Shown here in pieces: positions 12,262 to 23,852 of a DNA stretch of 64,000 nt. Location: assembly GCA_025060615.1 (NCBI GenBank), contig JANXBS010000004.1, positions 5,400 to 69,399 on the forward strand, given 5' to 3'. Below the pieces are notes generated by a model, which saw nothing but the letters and a program-made list of their open reading frames with translations, was not told the origin of the DNA and did not search any database. The stretch comes from Anaerolineae bacterium. Its GTDB lineage: Bacteria; Chloroflexota; Anaerolineae; DUEN01. The stretch's first letter is position 1. Each line of letters starts with the position of its first letter. Position numbers and translations under genes: made by a program.

Positions 12262-13643
12262 GAACGCACCGTAACAGCGGAGCGAGCCGGCAGTCCCTTA
12301 CCGTATCGTATAGCTGCGCGCGCAGTCAACCCAAGAAAAGCCGCCATCCCTAACACGCGCCCGATACCGCTCAGTCCGAAGATCAACTTATAGCTTACGG
12401 TGTCGGCCAGATATCCCCCCAGTAGTGGCCCGATCACTGCGCTGACGAAGACAACCGTTTGATACAGGGCCACAGCAACCGGCCGCTGGTCATCCGGCGT
12501 GAGCTCCAACAACAGGTTGAAGTTAGACAGATTGTACCCCGCCCAGAGCAGGCCGCCGAAAGCATTGATCAGAAGCGGCTGCCAAGGGTTTGTCACGAAT
12601 AGCCACGCCAACGGTAGGCCAGGAATCAACAGGCCAGTGATCAACTGAACCCACAAGGCACCCTTTATGTCCAGCAAGCGGCCGAACACGCGTTGCCCTA
12701 CTAGGGAGAAGAAACTGCTGACACCTGCTAACAGGCCTACGATCGAGGTGGTACCATGCAGCTGGTTTACCAAGTACACGTTGAAGAAAGGGGCAGCGAT
12801 TTGAAGTGCCAGGTTCCAGATGAAGGCGCTAATCACAAAGCCAAGGAAACCAGGACTGGTCTGAATGGCTTGGCGTAAGCTTCCCCGCTGTCGCTTTTGG
12901 ATCTCTAAGGTTGGGCGAGAGGGCTCTGAGATTTGCAGAAACGAGAGTGTGCCCAAGATGCCGAAGAGGAAAGCCAAACCGAAGACCACTTGGTATCCTA
13001 GAAAAGGCAGGCCTTGCCAACCGTTAAAGGCCTTGATCAGCTGACCGGCGACTGGAGCTACAACGAGCGCCGCGAGGCCCATGGCCATGTTCCGGCTGCC
13101 AAAATAGCGTCCACGCATCCCACGGGGTACCAGATCTGCAACCAACGCCGTCCAAGCAGGGTTAGCAAAGTTACCCATGAATGCCCGCCAGGCGTTCAGG
13201 GCGATGATGGCCGCAATGGCTAGGGAGGGCTCCGTCACCAGGAAGGGAAGGCAGACAAATCCAAGCAGAGCCAGCCGATTAAACCAACCGCCTGTCCACA
13301 CTACGAGCGCTTTCCACTTCCCCAGCCATTCCGCGGTACGCGCGCCCGGGAAGAGCGCCACAGCCCCTATCAGGCTTCCGATGGCCGTTAAGAGGCCCAC
13401 CTGGCCATTGGTGGCACCATACGCCAAGGCAAAGAGAGTGATAAAGTTAACGTAGAAGTTGTCGCTGATAGCGCTAAAGAGCCCATCCAGCCAAAAGTAA
13501 CGCAGGCAGGACAACCTCTCCGGCGAAAGCGGTCCTTCGGCACAGCGCTCCAGGTGATGATCCAGAGCCCGAATCGCAGCGTGCCAGCTTGATTGGGATA
13601 GATGCGAATGCTCGGCCGGGGTCTCGGGAAAATGCATGTCCAT
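12258..13643 (-). CDS. MFS transporter
   Basis: About 12 hydrophobic helices, LVADLVPRGMRGRYFG, GPLLGGYLAD. Confidence 0.85.
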
Positions 13644-13668
13644 CGCTATAACAGCCGGCTGCCGACTT

Positions 13669-16600
13669 TCATCTCGTCTGTGCTAGAAGCTCCAGCACGC
13701 GCAGGAGGTTTATCTGCCAATCCTCACGCATGGGCATCCACACGGCGCGCCGGGCCACGCGCCCGCGAGTGCCCAACCGCCTCTGTAGGGCCTCTCGGTC
13801 CATGTGTTCCAGCGCATCAGACCGCAGCACCAATTGACCCTCCTCGCGCGCAATGGCCTGGACCTGAGCGTTTACAGCTAGGATCTTCACACGCATCTGG
13901 TAAAGCAGGTTGCGCGCCTCAGGGGGAAGTGGACCGAAGCGGTCCGCCAACTCCTTCTCCATGTCATCCACCTGGTGAACTGAGGTCAGCCCGGCCATAC
14001 GACGGTATAGTTGCAAGCGAAGCGAGGCGTCTGGCACATAGCTCTCGGGCAGGGCTGCCGCCAACGGCAAATCGAGTGAAACGGTGGGGGCAATGGGATC
14101 GTCAAGCAAGGTTCGATGTCCGTCCGCACGTTCCTGGTTGAGGGCTGTTTCGTTACGGCTCATGCGTTCCCGGGCTTCCTGAACGGCCTGAGCCAACAGC
14201 CGACAGTATAGGTCGAACCCGATAGCCGCAATGTGACCATGTTGCCGAGTCCCTAACAGCTCACCGGCGCCGCGCAGCTCCAGATCCCGCATTGCCACCC
14301 GGAAGCCGGCCCCTAGCTCACTCGCCTCCACAATCGCCTCAAGTCGTCGCCGTGCCTCGGGTGTCAAGTCCTTGGCGCGGTCGTAGAGCAAGTATGCGTA
14401 AGCGCGAACGGCACCTCGCCCCACGCGGCCGCGTAGCTGATAGAGCTGAGCTAGGCCGAAATGGTCAGCCCTGTTAATAATGATGGTGTTAGCGTTAGGG
14501 ATATCTAGCCCGCTCTCGATGATATTGGTACAGACCAGCACATCTACTTCTCCATTGGCGAAGCGCCACATCACCTCTTCCAGCTCCTTCTCAGGCATCT
14601 GTCCATGAGCGATGGCGAAGCGCGCTTCGGGCACCAACTTCTCCAGGCGACGGGCGATCTGGGCGATCCCCTGCACGCGGTTATGCACAAAGAAAACCTG
14701 GCCGCCCCGGTCCAGCTCGCGCAGGATGGCCTGACGGATCAGCGTCTCATCGTATTCTGCCATCATCGTTCGGATGGGCTGACGTCCCTCCGGCGGTGTA
14801 TCAATCGTGCTAAGATCGCGTACACCCGTTAGGGACATGTGCAGGGTGCGCGGGATGGGGGTAGCAGTCAGAGTAAGGACGTCCACCTCAGTGCGAAGCT
14901 GCTTCAGCCGCTCCTTATGAACTACGCCAAAACGCTGCTCCTCGTCCACGATGACCAGCCCCAGGTCCTTGAAACGAACATCTTTGGAGAGCAGGCGATG
15001 TGTGCCGATGACAATGTCCACCGAGCCCTTGGCCAGCCCTTCCAGCACCTTCTGCTGCTCGGCGCGCGATCGAAAACGAGAAAGCATCTCCACATTGACG
15101 GGGAATGGCCGCAGCCGCTCGACGAAAGTCTGATAGTGTTGCTGAGCGAGCACGGTAGTAGGCACCAACACGGCCACCTGTTTGCCATCCATCACCGCCT
15201 TAAACGCCGCACGTAGAGCCACCTCCGTTTTCCCATAGCCTACATCGCCACAGATCAGCCGATCCATGGGACGCGGCTGTTCCATATCGTGCTTGACCGC
15301 CTCGATGGCCAGGAGCTGATCCTCTGTCTCCACGTAAGGGAAAGAGGCCTCCAGCTCCTGTTGCCAGGCGCTGTCTTCGCTGAAAGCGTGACCAGGGACC
15401 AACTCGCGTTGTGCGTAGAGTCTTAACAGCTCTTCGGCAATGTCTTCCACGGCCTTCTTGGCGCGCTGCTTGACTACATTCCAGTCGGCCGTACCCAGCC
15501 GGTTTAGGATGGGGGGTGTGTCAGCTGCTCCGACGTAACGGCTGAGTCGGTCAGCCTGATGCACGGGCACGTATAGCCGATCTCCCTGAGCATAATCCAC
15601 CTGCAGGTACTCGCGCAGAGTGCCATCCACCTCCATCTTGACCAAGCCGCGGAAGATACCGATGCCGTGTTCCATGTGCACTACGTAATCGCCTGGTTGT
15701 ACATCGGCGAAGAAAGCCTCAGGTGCAACAGCCCGGGTACGCGTGACGCGGCGCAGGTGCGGCTTGCTCCATCCGAACAGTTCAGCATCGGTCAGGAGCG
15801 ACAGCAGAGGAACGAAAGGCTCCGGCTCAGGGCTGTAGCCATCTCCATCAGTCTGGGCCCGTTCTGGTCGGAGCAGCCAGCCCTCGGGCAACTGGCCAGG
15901 GACGATAATAATGCTGTTAGACGACGGCGGCTCCCTTATATGATCACAGGTTGTGACAGGCACACTCATCTCGCCGAATAGCTCGGTCAGCCGTGCCGCC
16001 TGACGCGTGATCAGGACTAGACGTCCACCTGCTCGTCGCTGGGCTTCTAACTCTTCGACGATCTGACGCATTCGCCCGCCGTATCGCGGCCCAGAGGCGA
16101 AGGCGCGCGCTAACGAAGACGAGCAGACGGCCGGGCGTCCGTCGAGCCCTCCGTAACCTAGGATGATCGGAGAGCGCGCCTCGATCAGCGGCAGCAATTG
16201 TGTCCATTGAAAATAAGGCGGGAGGGCGTTCTCGGGTAGCTCGCCGGTGGCCGTAAGATCGCGACGCAATCGCTCAGCCTGTCCTTCTAGGTCCATCCCT
16301 GTCGAGATGATCTCGGCGGCATCGTCCAAGATCAACAGAGCCTCGACCGGAAGGTGGTGCAAAGGCGAGGCGGGGTGCGTGTACAGGTAAGGTAGATACC
16401 ACTCGATGCCACGACAGGAAACACCAGCTACTAGTTGGTCTATCTCTTGTTCATATTCCGCGCGCGCCGGTGGATGACAAGGGCTTAAATCGAGCGCGGC
16501 GAGCCGCTCGCGAGCTGTCGGTCCCAACCGAGGCAGCGCCTCTGTAGCTGGGCCGATCAGGATTGCGTCCAGATGGGCTTGAGTGCGTTGAGTCGAGGGG

Positions 16601-17334
16601 TCGAACGAGCGCAGGCTGTCCACCTCATCGCCGAACAGCTCCAGGCGAGCCGGCGCGGGCAAGTTGGGCGGCCAGATGTCCACGATGCCGCCACGCCGAC
16701 TAAAGGTGCCTGGCTCTTCCACGAGAGCAACGGATCGGTAGCCCAAGCCCACCCAGGCCTCCAGAAGCCCATTCAAGTCCACGCGCTGGCCGCGACGAAG
16801 CACGCGTAGAGCAGATCGCAGCTCGCGAACGGGGATGGTCATCTGCATGAGGGCGCGAGCGGAGGCCACTACGACAGGAGGAGCTGAGCTATCCCTGGCG
16901 ACCTGGAGTCCAGGCAACTGTGCCTGGGCGAGAGCAATCAACGCGGCCATGCGCATCTGCCGCGTCTCGCGCGACCAGGGCACGCGCTCATACGGTAACG
17001 CATCCGGGTCAGCCAGCAAGAACACCACCTCAGGATGAGGCAACCAAGCGCGTAACTGTTCAGCATATAGGATTGATAGGTCCATGCGGGCGGTTATCAC
17101 CAGCGCTGGCCGCGCCAGCCGATTTACCATCGCAGCGCACACGTATGCCCGCGCGCTCGTCGGGATAGACAGCGGTATCGGGAAGGCCTTGCCTGCTTGA
17201 ATGCCTTCCAATAGATCAGCAAAAGGCTCGATGTGTCCCAGAAAATCCAACAACCCGCTCAGGTTCATGGTTCGCTCTACTGACGAAGGACGAACCATCC
17301 CTACCAAGGGTTCCCTCGGTCCTTCGTCGGCCAT
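13669..17334 (-). CDS. mfd: Transcription-repair coupling factor
   Basis: [12 protein letters not shown], CarD-like [42 protein letters not shown]-terminal TRCF domain. The start may be 17268. Confidence 0.97.
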   Translation of the reverse strand: MADEGPREPLVGMVRPSSVERTMNLSGLLDFLGHIEPFADLLEGIQAGKAFPIPLSIPTSARAYVCAAMVNRLARPALVITARMDLSILYAEQLRAWLPHPEVVFLLADPDALPYERVPWSRETRQMRMAALIALAQAQLPGLQVARDSSAPPVVVASARALMQMTIPVRELRSALRVLRRGQRVDLNGLLEAWVGLGYRSVALVEEPGTFSRRGGIVDIWPPNLPAPARLELFGDEVDSLRSFDPSTQRTQAHLDAILIGPATEALPRLGPTARERLAALDLSPCHPPARAEYEQEIDQLVAGVSCRGIEWYLPYLYTHPASPLHHLPVEALLILDDAAEIISTGMDLEGQAERLRRDLTATGELPENALPPYFQWTQLLPLIEARSPIILGYGGLDGRPAVCSSSLARAFASGPRYGGRMRQIVEELEAQRRAGGRLVLITRQAARLTELFGEMSVPVTTCDHIREPPSSNSIIIVPGQLPEGWLLRPERAQTDGDGYSPEPEPFVPLLSLLTDAELFGWSKPHLRRVTRTRAVAPEAFFADVQPGDYVVHMEHGIGIFRGLVKMEVDGTLREYLQVDYAQGDRLYVPVHQADRLSRYVGAADTPPILNRLGTADWNVVKQRAKKAVEDIAEELLRLYAQRELVPGHAFSEDSAWQQELEASFPYVETEDQLLAIEAVKHDMEQPRPMDRLICGDVGYGKTEVALRAAFKAVMDGKQVAVLVPTTVLAQQHYQTFVERLRPFPVNVEMLSRFRSRAEQQKVLEGLAKGSVDIVIGTHRLLSKDVRFKDLGLVIVDEEQRFGVVHKERLKQLRTEVDVLTLTATPIPRTLHMSLTGVRDLSTIDTPPEGRQPIRTMMAEYDETLIRQAILRELDRGGQVFFVHNRVQGIAQIARRLEKLVPEARFAIAHGQMPEKELEEVMWRFANGEVDVLVCTNIIESGLDIPNANTIIINRADHFGLAQLYQLRGRVGRGAVRAYAYLLYDRAKDLTPEARRRLEAIVEASELGAGFRVAMRDLELRGAGELLGTRQHGHIAAIGFDLYCRLLAQAVQEARERMSRNETALNQERADGHRTLLDDPIAPTVSLDLPLAAALPESYVPDASLRLQLYRRMAGLTSVHQVDDMEKELADRFGPLPPEARNLLYQMRVKILAVNAQVQAIAREEGQLVLRSDALEHMDREALQRRLGTRGRVARRAVWMPMREDWQINLLRVLELLAQTR

Positions 17335-17340
17335 TTGCGT

Positions 17341-17958
17341 CTATCTGGGAGGCGACCCGTTCGAGTTGAATTCGTTCATCGCCTCGACGATCCCGACCTC
17401 TAGCCAGCGCTCAATTGCCCTTACAGCGCGCTCACGCGCTTGCACCATGATTTCCTCTTGCTCTGGTGAAAAGTCCTGTAACACGTAATCTGCTGGATCC
17501 ATGGAGCCGATAGGCCGACCAATGCCGATGCGCAACCGTGGGAATGCCTGAGTCCCTAAATGCTGGATGAGCGACTTGACGCCGTTGTGCCCCCCAGAGC
17601 TACCTTTGGGGCGCAACCGGATCTTCCCCAAGGGCAGATCAAGGTCATCATAGATGACCAACATATCCTCCGGAGCCACCTGATGGAAACGGGCAACCGC
17701 GGCCACAGCCGGCCCTACCGCGTTCATGAAGGTCATCGGCTTTACCAGGATCACACAGTGAGATCTGATCTGCCCCAGCGCGAGGGATGCTTGATGGTAT
17801 CGCCGGTCAAAGGAGAGCCCATGGGTTCTCGCCAGCAGATCTACACACTGGAACCCTATGTTGTGGCGATGACGCTCGTAATTGGGACCGGGATTCCCCA
17901 ATCCCACAACCATTTTCACAGACTCACGCTGGTTGGCGATCTCGGTCAACTCGTCCAT
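17341..17958 (-). CDS. pth: Peptidyl-tRNA hydrolase
   Basis: [45 protein letters not shown]; conserved pth-mfd order. Confidence 0.96.
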   Translation of the reverse strand: MDELTEIANQRESVKMVVGLGNPGPNYERHRHNIGFQCVDLLARTHGLSFDRRYHQASLALGQIRSHCVILVKPMTFMNAVGPAVAAVARFHQVAPEDMLVIYDDLDLPLGKIRLRPKGSSGGHNGVKSLIQHLGTQAFPRLRIGIGRPIGSMDPADYVLQDFSPEQEEIMVQARERAVRAIERWLEVGIVEAMNEFNSNGSPPR

Positions 17959-18072
17959 TGGTCTTCAGATGGACGGCAACACAAAAGAGGGCTAATCGTA
18001 GCGACCAGCCCCTCACATATCGCCCACTTCTGGTTAAACTTGGCTTTTCGACCTCGTTAAGCTAAACGAAGA

Positions 18073-18846
18073 TCAATGGTGATTCCGTCCAACTTTGAGC
18101 TGCTTCCAGACCCATCCCATTAGCCATTTCAAGCCGAAAAGCATTCCGACTGCGGCGAAGACGATTAGCGTCCAACGAGCGCCGCTCCAGAACGCCCGCG
18201 CCAACCCCTGTGGGCTGAGCACCTCAGGCAGGGCAGGGAGCGCACGCACAGCAGCCGGCTGAGAAGTTCTTTCCCCTGCCAGTGCAATAGGGGTGGCCGC
18301 CGGCTCGGGCGTACCTGTGTCCACTGCTTCGGGTGTTTGCATGTCAATCACAGGCGCAATCACCACGACGGTCGGCGTCGGGGGCAACGGCGTAGGCGTC
18401 ATGGTAGGCGTGGGCGTTTCAATAGGCGTGGGGGTCTCGGTGGGCTGGGCATTGGCGACTTGCAGCCCACGTACGATGTACTCGTCATAGTTGTAATCTT
18501 GTCGCACCACCCGCAGCCGTAAGCTGTACACTCCATCGGGAAGGCCACCTGTCTCCCACGTGCCCAGGAAACCGTTGGCCACCTGATTGGTATGAGCCTC
18601 TCCAATGAACACCCAGGTGTCATCACGTGCGGGCTCCGGACTGTAGTACAGCTCGTAACGCAGGAAATTCGGATGGACGGCTGTCCCTTCAATCGTTACG
18701 CGGCCCCGCACGGTGCTAAACGGCTGAGGCGAGGTGATGACCGCCTGCTGGGCGAGCGGCGCAGCCACAACCGACCAGGCGGACATAACTATCAAGGCCC
18801 CGATGATTAACAAATAATCTACTAAACGCACCAGGTCAGGTCTCAT
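18073..18846 (-). CDS. Exported protein with Ig-like domain, Pro/Thr linker and C-terminal TM anchor
   Basis: Signal-like N-terminus, ITSP...VRGRVTIEGTA...LGTWET..LPDGVYSLRLRVV, PTETPTP repeats, C-terminal hydrophobic helix. Confidence 0.75.
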   Translation of the reverse strand: MRPDLVRLVDYLLIIGALIVMSAWSVVAAPLAQQAVITSPQPFSTVRGRVTIEGTAVHPNFLRYELYYSPEPARDDTWVFIGEAHTNQVANGFLGTWETGGLPDGVYSLRLRVVRQDYNYDEYIVRGLQVANAQPTETPTPIETPTPTMTPTPLPPTPTVVVIAPVIDMQTPEAVDTGTPEPAATPIALAGERTSQPAAVRALPALPEVLSPQGLARAFWSGARWTLIVFAAVGMLFGLKWLMGWVWKQLKVGRNHH

Positions 18847-18987
18847 ATGCTTAGGATTCCTGGCGCTTTGCCCACCGCACCGGAGAGGCACTACTATGCG
18901 GTTGACAGAGCATTCAGCTTTTACAAGCCTAGGGCACCCAAATAGTTTAACATACACCCACTGCGACTGCCAAACGGGCCACTAGCT

Positions 18988-20328
18988 TCAGTAAATCGCT
19001 AAGTACCGATCTAACTCCCATCGGCTGACAGAGACTCGATATTCTTCCCACTCTAATCGTTTCGCCTCTATGTATCGTTCATACACATGGCTGCCTAGGG
19101 CTGCTTGGATGACCTCATCTGCTTCGAGCGCATTCAGCGCTTCGTCTAATGAACGTGGCATCATTTGCAGCCGGCTGCGGGCGCTGCCGATCTCATACAG
19201 GTTTTCCTCCGCCGGGGGAGGTGGCTCCATTTGGTTGCGAATGCCATCCAGGCCAGCCGCCAGCATGACAGCAAAGGCTAGATATGGATTTGCCGATGGA
19301 TCGGGGCATCGCAGCTCGATGCGCGTTGACTCTGGACGGTCAGGATGGACGCGCGGAATGCGGATCAGGGCTGAGCGGTTGATCCTGGCCCAAGAAATGT
19401 AGACCGGCGCCTCGTATCCCGGCACTAAGCGTTTGTAGGAGTTAACCAGCGGCGCGATCACCGCCGACATGCCTCGTGCGTGCGCCAACTGGCCGGCGAT
19501 GAACTGCTTGGCGATGGTGGAAAGCCCATACTCATCGTTGGGGTCAGCAAAGGCGTTCTTTCCAGTGTCTTTGTAGGTGAGGCTCTGATGCGTGTGCATC
19601 CCTGACCCAGCGATGCCGGCGACCGGCTTGGGCATAAACGTGCAGTACAGCCCATTGCGCTGAGCAATAGCTTTCAGGGTCACCCGTAAAGTGACGGCGT
19701 TGTCGGCTGTGGTCACGGCTGGGCCGTACCGGAAGTCGATCTCGTGCTGGCCTACGGCCACCTCATGATGTGCTGCCTCGACGGCGATGCCGAAGCCGTT
19801 CAGCGCCTTCACCATTTGACGGCGCACGTTGTGAGCCAGGTCTGTGGAGACATCAAAGTAACCAGCCAGGTCGTGGGGATTGGTAGTGGGGTTACCATCT
19901 GGGCCAGGGCGAAACAGGAAGAACTCCAGCTCTGGGCCAGTGTGATAGACGAAGCCCATCTCCTCCGCCTCTGCGACCACGCGCTTCAGGACGTAACGCG
20001 GGTCGCCGGCAAACGGCTCGCCCTTGGGAGTGTACACGTCACAGATACAACGGGCGGTGACCAGACCTTCTGACTCCCACGGGATCACAGCGAAAGTGCT
20101 CAAGTCGGGCACCAGGTACATGTCGCTCTCGGCAATGCGCGCAAACCCCTCAATAGACGAGCCGTCAAACCAGATGCCATAGTCTACAGCGATCTTCCAC
20201 TCGCTGACTGGGATCGTCACTTGCTTGACGATGCCCACGATGTCCGTGAACTGGAGATTGATGAACTGGACGCCTGCTCTGGCGATGATCTCTTCGACGC
20301 GTTCGATCTCTGCGCGATCGCGCTTCAT
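18988..20328 (-). CDS. glnA: Glutamine synthetase type I (or GS-like gamma-glutamyl ligase)
   Basis: FDGSSIEGFARIAESDM, GPELEFF, HHEVAVGQHE, FMPKP, GSGMHTHQS, RLVPGYEAP, NRSALIRIP, ELRCPDPSANPYL. Confidence 0.92.
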   Translation of the reverse strand: MKRDRAEIERVEEIIARAGVQFINLQFTDIVGIVKQVTIPVSEWKIAVDYGIWFDGSSIEGFARIAESDMYLVPDLSTFAVIPWESEGLVTARCICDVYTPKGEPFAGDPRYVLKRVVAEAEEMGFVYHTGPELEFFLFRPGPDGNPTTNPHDLAGYFDVSTDLAHNVRRQMVKALNGFGIAVEAAHHEVAVGQHEIDFRYGPAVTTADNAVTLRVTLKAIAQRNGLYCTFMPKPVAGIAGSGMHTHQSLTYKDTGKNAFADPNDEYGLSTIAKQFIAGQLAHARGMSAVIAPLVNSYKRLVPGYEAPVYISWARINRSALIRIPRVHPDRPESTRIELRCPDPSANPYLAFAVMLAAGLDGIRNQMEPPPPAEENLYEIGSARSRLQMMPRSLDEALNALEADEVIQAALGSHVYERYIEAKRLEWEEYRVSVSRWELDRYLAIY

Positions 20329-20371
20329 TTCGTCCTTCCCTCCCGATGTCCGTTATAAGCCTTCATTCTGA

Positions 20372-20490
20372 TCTAGGCCCTCTCTCCTGCCTATGCCTGG
20401 CCTCACCAAAGATGGAAAGCCGAAATGGGCAGGGAAAGGGCTTGAAAAGGGTTTTTTCCCTAGAGGGGCGAACACCCCTCCAGACCTCCC
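20372..20490. repeat. Palindromic element (copy 2 of a dispersed repeat)
   Basis: tctaggccctctctcctgcctatgcctggcctc...aaagccgaaatgggcagggaaagggcttgaaaagggtt aligns to 9175-9256. It is followed by the hairpin gagggg-cgaaca-cccctc. Confidence 0.7.
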
Positions 20491-20588
20491 CTGTTCTTGC
20501 AGAGGTACCGGCACGGTCGGTAGGTTGAAAAATCTATCCAGGTGAGACATCCCTAGCTCTTCCCAGCAGCAGGAATAGGATCAGTAGC

Positions 20589-22172
20589 CTACAGAAGTTG
20601 TCTTACCTTCAAGGCCAATTGGAGGCGCAGGCGCGTCTCTGAATCCTCTAGGTCAACGCCCAGGATGGACGCGATCCGCTCCAGACGATAGATCAGGGTA
20701 TTACGATGCAGATGCATGATCTCAGCTGTGCGGCTGAGGTTGCCTAACTGGCTGAAATAGACCTCAAGCGTGTACATGAGATCGGTACCCTGTCGACGAT
20801 CGTACTCCTCCAGTACGCCAAGGTTCTCCTGATAAAACGTTTGCAGCACCGGCGAGCGTTCCAGAGGCAACAAGAGCCGATAAACCCCCAATTCGGCTGC
20901 GTCTACGAGCCGGCTGCCCCCGGTAGACGCTAGCCGCCGCCCCAGCGACCAGGCCTGTTCGGCCTCGTCTGCAGCCTCTTTCATTTCGGAGAGCCTCTCT
21001 ACGGGCCGGCTGAGTGCGGCCACCAGCGCGGTTTGAGCGAACTGCCGCTCTAGCGCTTCCAACACCGCACGGGCCAGTCGGCGTCCTGCCTGCGCCGAGG
21101 CCTCACTCGGCACGGGGTAGATGGCGATCACTGGGGCTGGCGCGTGGAGACGCACAGCGACAAAGCCGGCCACCTTCCGCTGCGACAGCTCGTCTTGGAC
21201 GCGTCGAGCCAGATAGCTTGGATCGGGCCCATCGTCACCAGCTACACCTAGCACCAGCACCACCTGAGGTGGCGATGGATCATAGTTAAAAGCTCGCGCT
21301 CGGCGCATCAGGACACTGATATCAAGGTTCTGACCGTTGAGCAACTCTTCGAGAAAGCGGATCCGCTGTTGTACCTCCATGCCGGTGACGGCCCGTTCCT
21401 TGGCCAGCTCCAATGCGCAGACCAACGCCCCTTCCTCTGCGATGATGTGATCGCTGACGTCGAAAGCTCCGGTGAGCCCTATTAGCGAGAGGTAGCCACT
21501 AAGGGTCCCTTCCACCCGGATCGGGAATGCTAGCCGGCTGGCCTCGCCCCCGCCGATCGGCAGAAGACGGGGGCTGTTGAGCCCCTGCACCTCCTCGCCG
21601 TGCAAAGGCCACATGGGGCCGGAGCCAGCCGCCTGACCCAGGATGCGCAACATGGCGTCCTGGATCACTACCGCCTTCTGGCTGGCGCGCGCCAAGGCGC
21701 GCGCCAGGGCATCCCATCCCCGGTTGGCCATCACGACCTCAGCCAACTGATGGGCGACCTGGGCTCGATAACGTCCCAAGGCCGCCTCTCGATCCACGAT
21801 AAGGCGGATAACGGCCCGCTCCACCGAGTTAGCATTCGTCCCTTCCGGCAAAGCAAACAGCGGCATACCGACCTGTACTGCCGTTTCTACCGCCTCCTGG
21901 TTGACTGGGCCGATGACAGCGATTGCAGACACGCTCGCCTCATGCAGGCCGCGAATCACCCGCTCTAGAGAAAGGCCCTCCAGGTATCGTAAGTCCTCGA
22001 CGTTGATCAAGGCCAACTCCTGGCCTTCTAGGCGCGGAAAGGCGGGAGGGCTGGGGCGCATCACACATGTCCAGAGGACGCGACGGCCTAAAGAGGTGTG
22101 TCCCGCCAAAAGCCTCGTCCCCTCTGGCAACGCTAGCCGCCAGACCTCCCCAACAGTTATCTGGCCCGACAT
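20589..22172 (-). CDS. PucR/CdaR-family transcriptional regulator
   Basis: N-terminal PucR domain (LLAGHTSLGRRVLW), GAF-like and GGDEF-like regions, C-terminal HTH (TLEVYFSQLGNLSRTAEIMHLHRNTLIYRLERI). Confidence 0.92.
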   Translation of the reverse strand: MSGQITVGEVWRLALPEGTRLLAGHTSLGRRVLWTCVMRPSPPAFPRLEGQELALINVEDLRYLEGLSLERVIRGLHEASVSAIAVIGPVNQEAVETAVQVGMPLFALPEGTNANSVERAVIRLIVDREAALGRYRAQVAHQLAEVVMANRGWDALARALARASQKAVVIQDAMLRILGQAAGSGPMWPLHGEEVQGLNSPRLLPIGGGEASRLAFPIRVEGTLSGYLSLIGLTGAFDVSDHIIAEEGALVCALELAKERAVTGMEVQQRIRFLEELLNGQNLDISVLMRRARAFNYDPSPPQVVLVLGVAGDDGPDPSYLARRVQDELSQRKVAGFVAVRLHAPAPVIAIYPVPSEASAQAGRRLARAVLEALERQFAQTALVAALSRPVERLSEMKEAADEAEQAWSLGRRLASTGGSRLVDAAELGVYRLLLPLERSPVLQTFYQENLGVLEEYDRRQGTDLMYTLEVYFSQLGNLSRTAEIMHLHRNTLIYRLERIASILGVDLEDSETRLRLQLALKVRQLL

Positions 22173-22278
22173 TATCTCTCCAGTCCACCCCTTAGGAAGG
22201 GGCCTGAAAGGCTTTGATCAGCTCTTTCTGCGCTAGATCAGTAATGAAGCTTACTCCTAGCGAAGACCGTCTAAGCGA

Positions 22279-22308
22279 AAGCCGGGGGCTTGTTTTCGCC
22301 CCCGGCTT
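22279..22308. terminator. Strong 11-bp hairpin in the PucR-gene leader
   Basis: aagccgggggc-ttgttttc-gcccccggctt. Confidence 0.55.
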
Positions 22309-22342
22309 CGCATCCCCGCGAACACCTACGGCTATCTATTTA

Positions 22343-22372
22343 ATTATAGCTGAAGGCTAGCCCACATGACAA
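22343..22372 (-). promoter_or_regulatory. Putative sigma70 promoter
   Basis: TTGTCA-18 bp-TATAAT on the minus strand, in an AT-rich patch. Confidence 0.55.
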
Positions 22373-22398
22373 GCCTTCATTACTTTACTTTAACTTTA

Positions 22399-22881
22399 CT
22401 ACGCTTCATCCTCCTCAGGCAGCTCATCCCAATGCCCAATCACCCAACCGCTCGGCGCGACAATGATCGCCTCATCCTCGTCGGTAGCGAACACCAGAAC
22501 CAGCCCGTCTTCCTCATCAGTGGTCACCTCACTGAGGATCGCCCCATGCTCCGTGATCTCCCCCAACGCGCTGGCGATCTCATCGAGCCCTGTCAGCGGC
22601 TCATCGTTGACATCACGGTAAACGGTGGCAGCATATACTTCCAGCAGATTTTGATCCTCCAGGTACAGATCAAAATCCACAAAGACGCGCTCTTCCTCGG
22701 GGACTTCTTCCCCTAGCTCTTCGTCAGCAATTGAATCCGACCATAAGGCCAGCCCCTGGACCATTTTTCCCTCGAGTTCCTGAAGCTGAGCCAACATAAC
22801 CGGATCCAGCTCGGTCTGGATGGCATATTCTCCGTTCGGCCGCCAATGGCCACGCCCATTGCTGTTGTGGATATCACTCAT
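22399..22881 (-). CDS. Hypothetical, very acidic protein
   Basis: 160-aa ORF rich in D/E, with a 4-bp overlap with the GNAT stop and a GGAGG RBS. Confidence 0.75.
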   Translation of the reverse strand: MSDIHNSNGRGHWRPNGEYAIQTELDPVMLAQLQELEGKMVQGLALWSDSIADEELGEEVPEEERVFVDFDLYLEDQNLLEVYAATVYRDVNDEPLTGLDEIASALGEITEHGAILSEVTTDEEDGLVLVFATDEDEAIIVAPSGWVIGHWDELPEEDEA

Positions 22882-23852
22882 GGGTGTTTCGCCTCCTCTA
22901 CAGCGTCCTTGCGTTGGTGGCTTAGTTTACAGCGGTACCAGTGCAATTGCCCGATCTCGACAAACCCCAGTGCGTCGTAGAGGTGTCGCGCCTCTGCGTT
23001 TTCGGTGTCCACCGTGAGCTCGATGACTCGACACCCTCGCTCCCACAGATAGTTCATGGCCGCTAACAATAGCGCTCGACCCACCCCATAGCCCCGATAG
23101 GCGGGCAATACAGCGACATCCTCGATGCGCCCTATCGGCGTCCCTATGGGTGTTTGCTCTCGTGAGCTGCAGCGAGCTAGCGCTTGCCCTATCAATTTAC
23201 CACTGATCTCTGCAAACCACAATCCAGCAGGGTCGAAATCCGGGCGGCTGGTGATGGCGACCACATCGGCCATGGTCAGCGGGGCAGCGCCCCAATGCCC
23301 TGAAAAGGCGGTCGCGTCCAACTCGATCCAGGCTGCTGCGTCTTCCTGGCCTCGGTAGGTGCGCAATCGCACACCAGTTGGTGGATTTGATGGTGGCGGT
23401 GGGTGATGTCCTACCCATACCATCTCCCACCAACGACGAGCCAGCCGACAACCAGCACTGGTTAGCAACGCGACTGCTGCCGTGATACGCGGCACCACGG
23501 GCACATCTAAACACCAGGCTCCTTTTTCCTTCGCCAATGCGATCAGCCGGCGCAGCAACTGATGCCCGATGCCGCGCCTGCGAAAGCGGGGATGCACTGT
23601 CACTCCACCGATGGCGCGTCCATCGCTTTGCAGCCACAAGTCCGCATAGCCCACCAACTGTTGGCCTAGCCAGCCCAGCAGCACATGGTCATACCCGTAG
23701 CCGGGCGAACGCAACTTGACTAGCGCCTCTTCGACCGTCGTGGCGCGGCCCAGTTCGTCCACCGCATCAGCGGCGTTGATCAAGGCCACCCAGGCCTTGA
23801 TCTCTTCGGGACGAAGAGGTCGGATGTGAACCGACAGTGAGCGCTGGCTCAT
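22878..23852 (-). CDS. Tandem-GNAT acetyltransferase (MshD-like)
   Basis: Two acetyl-CoA motifs, VHPRFRRRGIG and VLPAYRGYGVG; LTVDTEN..ARHLY..LGF. Confidence 0.9.
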   Translation of the reverse strand: MSQRSLSVHIRPLRPEEIKAWVALINAADAVDELGRATTVEEALVKLRSPGYGYDHVLLGWLGQQLVGYADLWLQSDGRAIGGVTVHPRFRRRGIGHQLLRRLIALAKEKGAWCLDVPVVPRITAAVALLTSAGCRLARRWWEMVWVGHHPPPPSNPPTGVRLRTYRGQEDAAAWIELDATAFSGHWGAAPLTMADVVAITSRPDFDPAGLWFAEISGKLIGQALARCSSREQTPIGTPIGRIEDVAVLPAYRGYGVGRALLLAAMNYLWERGCRVIELTVDTENAEARHLYDALGFVEIGQLHWYRCKLSHQRKDAVEEAKHP

